Assembly: GCF_001194135.2 (NCBI RefSeq)
Contig: NC_068986.1
Coordinates: 34,503,840 to 34,567,839, forward strand
Origin: Octopus bimaculoides
Lineage: Eukaryota
Reading direction: 5' to 3'
Length of the DNA: 64,000 nt
The position numbers and the translations under genes were made by a program. Under the pieces are notes generated by a model, which had not been told where the DNA came from, made no database searches, and was given only the letters and a program-made list of their open reading frames with translations. Positions 12,121-23,406 of the stretch are shown piece by piece; position 1 is the first letter of the stretch, and each line of letters opens with the position of its first letter.

Positions 12121-13304
12121 TATCAGTGAGTACGTGTTTGTCTTCCACTACTGCATGACAAACTAGTGTTGGTTTGTTTACATCGTTGTAACTTTTCAGT
12201 TTGGTAAAGTAGGGCAATAGAATAATTACTGGGGTCAATTTGTTTGAAGGTGGTGCTCCAGCTTGGCTGCAGTCCCTTGACAGGAACAAAAGCAAAGGAT
12301 TAAAATTCTCCATCTATCTGTCTCCCTTTTTCATTTGTTTTTCTAATTCTTGCTGTATGCGTTTATTATGTGTTACGATTTCACATACATAACTACATCT
12401 CTGTATTACACGCAAACACAAACGAAGCATTTTTACTATTAGTATTGGCTGGTATTATTGACTTAGGAAAACACATTTACATCTAGATGTTAGTTAGTTT
12501 TACTTTGCTGTTATTATTATTATTTATTTCGAATAGCTTTTCCAATATGACTATTTCTTTACCTCATCATTATCAATTTATCAAACCTTTTTCCTATTAA
12601 CATCCCCCCCCCCCAACTACCTCGCTTGATGGGGATTGTGTGTACAGACGAAGTTACTCCTGTCTTATTATTTATTCCTTATATATTGTCAGCACCCTTT
12701 CAAATAACTTTTCTCTTTCTTATGCTACTGTAAGGATTTGAAAATTTATTTTTATTTATTTATCATTTATTTTTTTTCAATAAAATTTTATTTATATTGC
12801 ATTGAATAATATTAGATTTGAGTTGAGATTTCGGATTTTTCAACACTGGAGCAAATTTGAAAATTTTTCTGACTAAATTATCTATAAACTGCATATATCT
12901 AAATCCAAATGTTATTGTATTTTTATATTCGGATGGGAAAATCTTGCGAAGTTTTAATTTAATTTATTCATTGAACTTGAGACATTGTCTGATGTTGCTG
13001 TTATATATATTTTTTTCCTTTCTAATAGTCAAGTTATAAACATATATACATACCTGAAGAGCAGCATTGTTATCTCAGCATCTCCTTCTCCTTCTCTTCC
13101 TCCTCGTTCCTCCTTATTTTTCTTCTTTATACTTGAAGATGGAAAAATACACATTCGTTTGCCAATTAAATGTAAGATTGTCAACCACCATTCTTCCTGC
13201 CCACCCTTTCAAAAATATATCCTTAAAAATGATTTTATTTTTTTATCGTTTTTCTTTTACACTTGCACACAAATGCATATATACATATATAACAAATAAA
13301 GACT

Positions 13305-13341
<37 letters not shown>

Positions 13342-13561
13342 GACAGACATACAGCTATTTTTAATGGGTTGTGAGATTATAGGCCATTTATTTGGATAAA
13401 TGCTAGTACTGCATTAGTTTAATGCCTGAAGGCTAATCAAATTTGAGGGAGCGATGTAGCTGTTGGCAGGTTTGGACCAATTATATTTCAGAATGCTGTT
13501 GTAAGGTTCCTGTTAGCTTTCCATGCTTAGTGTGTTCCATGACTGTGTAAGCTCTTTCTTT

Positions 13562-13663
13562 TAACACAAGCCCTGCTGCTGTTTGTAGCCAGCAGGCATC
13601 ATTTTCGGTGGCTAACACAAGACTTACTGCTGTTTGTAGCCAGCAGGCATTATTTCCGTGGAT
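13562..13663. repeat. 51-bp tandem duplication (2 units)
   Basis: taacacaagccctgctgctgtttgtagccagcaggcatcattttcggtggc / taacacaagacttactgctgtttgtagccagcaggcattatttccgtggat. Confidence 0.9.
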
Positions 13664-15717
13664 GAGAGAAAAGAAAGTAAGGAAAAAGAGTGAAAAATAA
13701 AAATATATATATATATATAAAGGAAAAAGAAACAAGAAACCAAAATGAGATTTTTAAAGAAAAAAAAAAAGAACATAGTGATAATAAATAAAAATGTATA
13801 TATGTTTATAAAAAAAAATGTAAACTTAAAAAAAAAATACGAAAGGAAAAAACATATATTGTATCATAGCTGCAGGCGGTTCACTTAGGCATGGAACTCT
13901 TTAACCCATGTTGAAAATGGCTCCAGGCTTTAGAAATTGTTTCATTCAAGGCTAGTGGATAACAGTTCCCTATTGCAAAATCTCTCACTCTCATTCTCTC
14001 TTTCTCTCCCCTAGTCTCTCTCTCTCTCTCTCTGTCTATCCCTCTCTCTCAAGATGTTTTCTACTCCCACACCCATTTTAAGATTGCAAAGTGCTGGGTT
14101 ATCTACACTCTCCCAAGAACCCCCTTCTCCCCCTTCTGCATCCCACCAAAATTTATTTGTTAGTTTTATCATTTTTCTTTAAATTATCCAATCAATAACT
14201 TGATGATGTAAAAAAAAAAAAAAAAATCATCTAATATAATCAATCTTGAAATACAGTTTGTAATTCAATATTGCAAGAACCAAATTCATACCAGCTTGTT
14301 TTGCCTTCTTTTAACCAAGTCTTACTCCTTTGTTGTTCTTGCTGCCGTCATTGTCATCATTAGAGTTATGCCTCTTGGTTTTGGGAGTAACTACAATGGC
14401 AGGCCTACCCCAGCTCTGCATTTAAAGGTTCTTTGCCTGTTTGCTAACTTTCTTTGGTTTGGTGAGGACTTGTATTCCTTCACTCATTACACACAGTCCT
14501 CATCCATTTCTTCCCCCACCAAAAGTGCTGCCAGAGCCAATCGCCAAAGCATATGTTAGAATTAGGAATATTCGGTTCCGTGTTTGGTGATCAAGATGGT
14601 TGCTAGAATAAAACTGTTTCTAGCACAGGAAAATCTATTGATCTGTCCACAAGAGAGATACAGTATGTTTGAAAATAAAATAAAACAAAACAAAAAAATA
14701 CATAGGGGAAAAAAAAAATAAAGGAAATAAAAAATGTATCTATTGGACTGTTTTCACCTTCACTATATTATCATTTCTTTGAAGTCTTGGAGTGCTGCTA
14801 AATGTAGTGTGACAATCAATATTGTGTTTGTCCACTTGACAAGCTGTTCATTACATTTCCATGCTAATTTTAGTAGGAAATGACCTTAATTTCATAGGCT
14901 TAATAACTTTTATACCATTTGATATATATANNNNNNNNNNNNNNNNNNNNNNNNNNNNNNNNNNNNNNNNNNNNNNNNNNNNNNNNNNNNNNNNNNNNNN
15001 NNNNNNNNNNNNNNNNNNNNNNNNNNNNNNNNNNNNNNNNNNNNNNNNNNNNNNNNNNNNNNNNNNNNNNNNNNNNNNNNNNNNNNNNNNNNNNNNNNNN
15101 NNNNNNNNNNNNNNNNNNNNNNNNNNNNNNNNNNNNNNNNNNNNNNNNNNNNNNNNNNNNNNNNNNNNNNNNNNNNNNNNNNNNNNNNNNNNNNNNNNNN
15201 NNNNNNNNNNNNNNNNNNNNNNNNNNNNNNNNNNNNNNNNNNNNNNNNNNNNNNNNNNNNNNNNNNNNNNNNNNNNNNNNNNNNNNNNNNNNNNNNNNNN
15301 NNNNNNNNNNNNNNNNNNNNNNNNNNNNNNNNNNNNNNNNNNNNNNNNNNNNNNNNNNNNNNNNNNNNNNNNNNNNNNNNNNNNNNNNNNNNNNNNNNNN
15401 NNNNNNNNNNNNNNNNNNNNNNNNNNNNNNNNNNNNNNNNNNNNNNNNNNNNNNNNNNNNNNNNNNNNNNNNNNNNNNNNNNNNNNNNNNNNNNNNNNNT
15501 ATATATATGTGTATATATATATATTCATAAAGTCTGTGTTTGCTTGTCTATCTGGTTGTGTGTGTTTTTTTGTGATAGGTCAAAAAGATTAAACGATATC
15601 ATTACGTGTATATCAGTTAAATGCAACAGCTGTTTAAAGTGGTTTGAATGAGTGAGACTTGAGAATCTTGAATGTTGAATGAAAGCTTATCTTGTACTGG
15701 CTTTTTTTTTTACACAG

Positions 15718-15795
15718 GTGTAACTAACGATAGCTGAAATAAAGAGATAGGGCGTGGTCTGGCGATTTGGGTGAAGGAGTGCAACTTCTAAAATG
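15718..15795 (+). other. Candidate non-coding or poison exon (78 nt)
   Basis: Acceptor ctttttttttacacAG (15717) and donor ATG|GTGAGT (15796). Stop codons occur in all three frames. The exon ends in ATG. Confidence 0.25.
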
Positions 15796-15970
15796 GTGAG
15801 TGGGTGGGAGGGAGAAGACCTCAGATAGGGAGCTTTGGTTGTTAAGGGATGTGGAACATGAATGTGAGAGATTTAGGGATGGAGTAAAGTAGAGATAAAG
15901 GTAATATCTAAGAGCAGATTTTGGTGAGTCAGCTAAATATGGCAGCTGGAAAGAAACAGTAAACAACTCA

Positions 15971-16005
<35 letters not shown>

Positions 16006-16481
16006 GCATTACATATGTATATATAATATCTTTATATAATTATGGAGGTGTTATTTTACTCGCCATGATATTAGCTATATGTGTTTCCTTAAGGATGTTA
16101 AACAATTGACAGTAGTTTTAGAGAACTTAAAATGTTGGTTTTTGCTATTTGGTTTTTGCTTCTATTTTATCATCTGTTGTTGTTGTTAATAAATAATAGT
16201 AATAATAATAAAGAATGGCCCTGCTAGGAACAGACCACATCCTACACAAAATACTATTAATCCAATAATACAACCTACGAATACAAAGCACACTCTATAC
16301 AGCATTTACCCAGTGAAATAAACTTCCACCAGCAAGCTAGAAAACCATAGCATTCACACCTCATGAAGAAAAGAAAAAGCCAAAGATCACACAATGCTGC
16401 ACACCCCCCATCAACATGGAGGTGTAGCAGGTGATGCAGTAGAAATTTGTCTCAATCTACGAAATATTGAACATTTATGTT

Positions 16482-16513
<32 letters not shown>

Positions 16514-16524
16514 CATAATGATTT

Positions 16525-16712
16525 CAGGAAAAGGATTAAGTTGATTGCATCAACCCCAGTGCTCAACTAGTACTTACTTTATCAAGCCCGGAAGGATGAA
16601 AGGCAGAGTTGACCCTGGCTGAATTTGTGCTCAGAACTTAAAGACTGACAAAATGCTTCTAAGAAGCATTTTGTCTATCATGCTAACAATTCTACCAGCT
16701 CATCACTTTTAA
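16525..16712 (-). mobile_element. SINE family B
   Basis: Reverse complement of the family B core. Confidence 0.7.
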
Positions 16713-17244
16713 CAATAACAATGATAATTTTAGGTACAAGGTCTGAAATTTGATGGGAGAAGCTGGTTGGTTATATCAACTACTGTACTTGCCAACAAAA
16801 TTGACCTTGATTTGTGTTTGAACTCAAAATGTAAAGAGCCAGAACAAATAACTGCAGGGCATTTTACTCAATATTCTACCAAGTCCATCATTATCATCAC
16901 CACTATCATCATTTTTATACCCAGCTCTTCCAGGCTTGCATGGGTTGGCTATTTCCCTTTCAGTACAGTGTTTTGTCTTTTGTTACATTCCTTTATCATC
17001 TCCTCTCTGAGATTCAACATCCTGAGATCAGATCTCACTGCTTCTGTCCATGGCTTCTTTAGTTTTCCTCTTCCACAGTTTACTATCTTGATTGATAGTT
17101 TATTTCATCTATTCTGGAATAATAAAACATGTATTTGTGCTTCCTTGAAGGATAGATATTAAGTCAATTAGTCTGCCTTTGGAATTATAATTATCCCTTT
17201 TTTTGTCTTTTTAAATACTTCATGCACATATCAAACATGTCGAT

Positions 17245-17560
17245 AGCAGTGAGCAGGCAGAATCGTTAGTGAATTGGTTAAAATGCTTAGCAGCATTTCT
17301 TCTGGTTCTTCACATTTTGAGTTCAAAATGTGCCCAAGTCAGCTTTGCCTTTCATTGTTTAAGAGGTTATTGAAATAAGTACCATTTAAACATTCTGTTA
17401 AGTGGTTGGCATCTGGAAGGGCATCCAGCGATGGACACCATGCCAAAGCAGACAACAGAGCCTGTTACAGTTCTCTGGCTTGTGAGCTCCGTGAGGATGA
17501 GTTGAACCTTGGGCTTGCTGTAATCGACTTACCCTCACTTTTAAAATTAATAGCTTTGCA
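17245..17560 (+). mobile_element. SINE B with an inserted family C fragment (about 17398-17490)
   Basis: B head and core, then ggttggcatctggaagggcatccagc, then the B tail resumes (gtaatcgacttaccctc). Confidence 0.6.
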
Positions 17561-20500
17561 CACACAAAATATATATGTATATTGAAATATTGAAATTATC
17601 TTTGTAAGAATATTTATCCTATACACTTTGGCTTCCCCCCCCCCCCTTAATGGCTTACATTTTGATATTCTAAGCTTCGATAGTTATACAAATTCATACA
17701 TTTGTAAAATTAAGACAATTTGTCTTATGNNNNNNNNNNTACATTTGTAAAATTAAGACAATTTGTCTTATGCTGTTCTTATCTTTGTTATTACCTTCTT
17801 AGAATAGAAAAAGGAAAAAAAAAAGACAATTCTTTTTTTTTTTTCTTCTGCTTCATCCCCCCTTCTTGTTTAAGAATTGAAATGAATATATCAATATATT
17901 TATGACTGTCAATGTAAGATAGACATTCTCAAGAGACTGGTGTATTTCATGCAAGATGTTTGTCACTGGAACTTTTATTATAACACAAGGCAGTTTTGTT
18001 GTTTTTTTCCCCCGTTATCCTTCACTTTCCTACTGTCCATTGAAAGAATGATTAAGTCTATAGCTTTGTCACTCTCACTGGTGGTAAACATTTTGTTTCT
18101 ATAAATGAGAAAAATTATCCAAGTGTAGAGTCTACTTCAAGTATTTGTTAGTTTATATTCAAATTAAATTGTATTTTTTATTTTTTTATTTTTCATTCTA
18201 CCATACATGTCCCTTGGCATATAGAATATGGTATGACATCAAAATTTTATATACAGTAGTATTAAGATAGGAAGCAAAACCATACCATTTTTTCCCCCGT
18301 CTTTCTTCCATATGGAATTCACTTCTTCATCCTATCTTAAAGGTTATGTTATCTCTTCAGTATAATGTCTTCAAACAAATCATCTTATGCGAATGATTCA
18401 TTGAACCATAACAAATCTTGATATATTTGCCATGACTTCTTTTTAACCAGTTCATTAACTTAGCTGACCTATACAGTTGTGGCATATAACACACAAGCCC
18501 AGATGTTAAATGCATCGTCTTCTGTTTGCACCTACATTTTCTAGTAAGGTAATATAAGATTAGGCTAATTGTGTTACACATACATATTGAAATGCTTATC
18601 GACTGAGGCTGCATATTTTAGAATATTTTCCCTCATATCGCTAAAATCTGATGCTACTTCTGCTTAATACGTCTCTTAAAGTTGCAATAGTTAATCAAAA
18701 CAAAATTATTAGGTTATTTCACTTGGCTGTGACTTGATAAGACTTAAGTGGAAATCTTCTATTACTTACCTGTATAATAAAAGAATGACTGTAGTATGTG
18801 TACATGCGTGTGTGGTGTATGTGCATATGTATGTATGTATGTGTGTGTGTATATATATATAGAGAGAGAGATGGGTAAATTGTCGCCATTTTATATTCTT
18901 AATTTCGCTCATGCACTTTGTTTTTGATTTTGTCGGCTATACAGCATAGTAGGGGCGGTTGGGCACTGTCTGTGAGAAAAACAGCACCATGACATCATTT
19001 GTGGTTGGGTAGCTGCTGGTAGCATTTATTGGCATTACTTGTCAAAATCATCCACTAACACCATGCTTACATATGACCAAAATAGAAAACCCTGCCTCAA
19101 GTGCCTCTTCATTGTATCTTATTTTGCATAGAAAAACATATATTAAACATGCAAAATATTTGTGTATGGGAGAGAGGGGGGCAAGCTTTTTTTTTTATGT
19201 ATATCTGCATTCATTTCATTTACTTAACCAGGTTTAACAGAGGACTAAATCAAGAGTAACTAAAATTCAAATTATTCTGATTGTCATGTGACTCCCCGAT
19301 ATAAGAGTTGATTGTGTATTCTGAAAAGAATTGTAATTCACACTATCCCTCTCCCTCCCTCTCTCTCTATGTATGTGTATATANNNNNNNNNNNNNNNNN
19401 NNNNNNNNNNNNNNNNNNNNNNNNNNNNNNNNNNNNNNNNNNNNNNNNNNNNNNNNNNNNNNNNNNNNNNNNNNNNNNNNNNNNNNNNNNNNNNNNNNNN
19501 NNNNNNNNNNNNNNNNNNNNNNNNNNNNNNNNNNNNNNNNNNNNNNNNNNNNNNNNNNNNNNNNNNNNNNNNNNNNNNNNNNNNNNNNNNNNNNNNNNNN
19601 NNNNNNNNNNNNNNNNNNNNNNNNNNNNNNNNNNNNNNNNNNNNNNNNNNNNNNNNNNNNNNNNNNNNNNNNNNNNNNNNNNNNGTCCCCGTAACTTAGC
19701 AGTTTGGCAAAAGAAACCGATAGAATAAGTACTAGGCTTACAAAGAATAAGTCCTGGGGTTAATTTCCTCAACTAAAGGCAGTGCTCCAGCATGGCCGCA
19801 GTCAAATGACTGAAACAGGTAAAAAGTAAAGATATATATATGTATATGTATACACACACACACACACACACACACACAAGTTCAGTAAGTGCATGCACAA
19901 AACTATCAGCCCTTGAGTCACTTTTGTGGCAATGAACACGTGTATGTGTGTATTATTCATCTTATCGCATACTACTTACATATATATATTTATATGTGTG
20001 TGTATATATACATGTGCACACACACACTTCATCTGATTGACTACTACCAGAGCTAACGGCCAAACAGGCCAATGAAAACATTAGCAGAGCAATTATTTTT
20101 GCCTCTGATTTTGTAAAAGAAAGTGGTCGCTCATTAATGCAAGAAATATCAGTGTGTGTGTGTGCCTGCATGTTCTTTCTCTGCTCATGATAGATTATCT
20201 TCTGTTAATGCTTTTTCAAAAATTCGTTTTTCTTTTGTGTTTTTAACAAGTATATTTTAAATAATTTTTTTTTTTTTTTTTATAAAAGTTAATGATTTTT
20301 TAAGTGCAAATGTAGGGCACATTTGGTGCAAACTAATTTGTCTTCCTGCAAAAAAATCCTACCATTTTGCCATCAACTTGTTGAAAGCTATCATTATCAG
20401 AGATTGTTTAAGAAATAGTTTTAACATAGTGTTGTCAGATATTTATTATTTCGGCTTGTCTGTTGAAAATTTCTCCTGCTTAAACTTTTATAAAAAATAA

Positions 20501-20989
20501 AAATTTTTTCATAAGTAATTTAAAATTATCTTTCTATTATCTCTGATTTTTGTTTTTTTATGTCTTTAATACACATTTTTATTTATTTAATTAAATTTAG
20601 TTTTGTTTTAAATTAGGTTAGTAATCTCAATTTTCTCTCTCTCTCTCTCTCTCTCCAGTTTTTATGTCTGTATGTATACATCTGTGCTATAATGTAGTTT
20701 AAGTTTAATTTTGAAGAAATTTATAAAACTGAAGTACCTAATTATATCTGTGTTTTTTCGTCACATGCATGCACACACACACATACGTGGGAAAATCTAA
20801 GGAGATAAAAACATATGTACCAATTATCACCTTGGTACAACGAATGTAGTAGTTAAACGCACCAAAAGCTTACTAAGATTATTTGGAATATCCGGCGAAG
20901 ATTGAGTACTGTTTTTTATTTTTATTTTTAGAAAGAACTCTGTGTGTGTGTGTGTGTCTATATATATATATATATATGTGCATGTGTAT

Positions 20990-21029
<40 letters not shown>

Positions 21030-21031
<2 letters not shown>

Positions 21032-21600
21032 TAGGTTCAGCCCAACTGCATGGCACCTTGGGCAAGTGTTTTCTACTATAGACTTGTGCTGACCAAAGTT
21101 CGCAAGAGTGAATTTGGAAGACAGAACTGAAAGAAGCCTGTCGTGTGTGTGTGTGTTATTTCTTTACTACCCACAAGGGGCTACACACAGGGGACAAACA
21201 AAGACAGACAAACGGATTAAGTCGATTATATCGACCCCAGTGCGTAACTGGTACTTATTTAATCGACCCCGATTATTTAGTCGACCTCGGCGGAATTTGA
21301 ACTCAGAACATAGCGGCAGACGAAATACCGCTAAGCATTTCGCCCGGCGTGCTAACATTTCTGCCAGCTCACCGCCTTATGTGTGTGTGTGTGTCTGTCT
21401 GTTGCTCTCCCTCACCTGCTCAACAACCTGTGTTGGTGTGTTTATGTCCCCATAACTTAGTGGTTTGGCAACAGAGGTCAATAGAATAAGTATTAGTCTT
21501 TAAAAAAAATGCATTTGGGCCAATTCATTCGACTAAAATTCTTCAAGGTGTTGTCCCAGCATGGCTGCACTCTGTTGACTGAAAGACTTGAAAGAAAAGA
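21030..21600 (+). mobile_element. SINE A interrupted by a minus-strand SINE B (21157-21378)
   Basis: The SINE A 5' part ends in (TG)n at about 21156 and resumes in (TG)n at 21379. Confidence 0.8.
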
Positions 21601-21667
21601 AGAAAAGTATACATGTGTATAAGAATGTATTTCTCTTTCTCTCTCCTCTCAGTCTCTGTGTGTGTGC

Positions 21668-21699
<32 letters not shown>

Positions 21700-22041
21700 G
21701 ATTTGGACAGCAAGGCCATGTTGAAAATAGAAATATGTACCTTACATGGATTCTGTGTTTATTGTAATAGCATAAAGCTTGACAAACCCCGTCAGTGACC
21801 TCTCGGTGCAATCTTAGTTATTAAGAGTGACAAGTTGGTAATTGCAATGAGATAAATGGTTGTTGATTTTGTTGATGTTATTGTTAAGTTCCAGGTTTAA
21901 CTATATTGTGTAAATTATGATCAAAGAGTGTTCCAGAAATACCCCTGTCCTCTCTGTCCCATGCTAGGCCTTGCACATCTAGGGCTACATTATCCAGTGT
22001 GTACTTCCATTTTCCAAGATGACATTATGGCATTTATGGGT

Positions 22042-22260
22042 AAGGCGGCAAACTGGCAGATTCGTTAGCACGGTAGACAAAATGCTTAGCGGCATTTCGC
22101 CCGTTGCTACATTCTGAGTTCAAATTCTGCCAAGGTCAACTTTGCCTTTTATCCATTTGGGGTCAATGAAATAAGTACTAGTTATGCACTGGGGGTCGAT
22201 GTAATCAAGTAGACCCTCCCCTCAAATTCCAGGCCTTGTATCTATAGTGGACAGGATTAT
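22042..22260 (+). mobile_element. SINE family B
   Basis: Full head, core and tail. Confidence 0.8.
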
Positions 22261-23154
22261 GACATCTAGGGATGATTTGGCTGCTATTGCTAGATGTTTG
22301 AACAGGTATGTAAATGAAAGTATTCCAGAAATACCTTTGGCCTTGTCTATGTGACGATATCTTTAGTCATTGCACACCTAGCACTACACTATCCAATAGT
22401 CAAGATGGCTGTGTGTCATTTTAGAATTATTTGACTGCTATTTCTAACTGATCCAGCAGGCATGTAGTTATGCTTCATTGTTTGCTCTGACGAATAAATA
22501 GTTTTAGAGAGCCGTTTCATATATCACTCAGGTCGTCTGAGAATATATTTATATTTACTCCTATCAAAGGATGGAATCTTAATTTTATTATATGACTTTA
22601 TTTGTAAATATTTGTGTTTCATTATGTTTTAGAATTTTCAAAATTCTAGCCTTTTATTATTATTATTATTATTGAGGGAGAGAGAGATTCACAAATAAAG
22701 GATATGTTGACAAATTTCAAAGAAAACTTCTGTGATTTTATGAAAACAATATTAGTATATTGAAGGGGAAATATATTCTCCTGCCATCCTAATAATTATT
22801 TAAGTAAATTTATTCGGCAGAGTTTGCTGAGAAACAGCACATTCTCGTAACTTAACTAATGCCAACAAACAGATTGCTATTGCTGTTTTGTTAAGTGCTG
22901 ATATTGGATATTCCAAGTGCTAATCCTTATGACAACATATGTAGCACAGATGGAGTGGTCATGGCCCAGAAGCTAACTAAACAGTAAGGTTTAGCCAAAT
23001 ATAGAAATATAGTGGCACCCCTGTGTTTGCAGGCAAGGTGAGGGTGGTGAACTTGGTCCTAGATGTTTTAATTTAAAATGACACTTATAACTGTGCAGCA
23101 GCTAAAAGCTACATATACAATATCATCATCATCATCATCATCATGGGTGTGTGC

Positions 23155-23185
<31 letters not shown>

Positions 23186-23370
23186 TTCCATTTAGGTTTT
23201 AACCTTTGAGTNNNNNNNNNNNNNNNNNNNNNNNNNNNNNNNNNNNNNNNNNNNNNNNNNNNNNNNNNNNNNNNNNNNNNNNNNNNNNNNNNNNNNNNNN
23301 NNNNNNNNNNNNNNNNNNNNNNNNNNNNNNNNNNNNNNNNNNNNNNNNNNNNNNNNNNNNNNNNNNNNNN

Positions 23371-23406
<36 letters not shown>

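Noticed and set aside
17692-17772. Direct repeat acatttgtaaaattaagacaatttgtcttatg on both sides of a 10-N gap
   Set aside because: Typical overlap of unmerged contig ends, so an assembly artefact.
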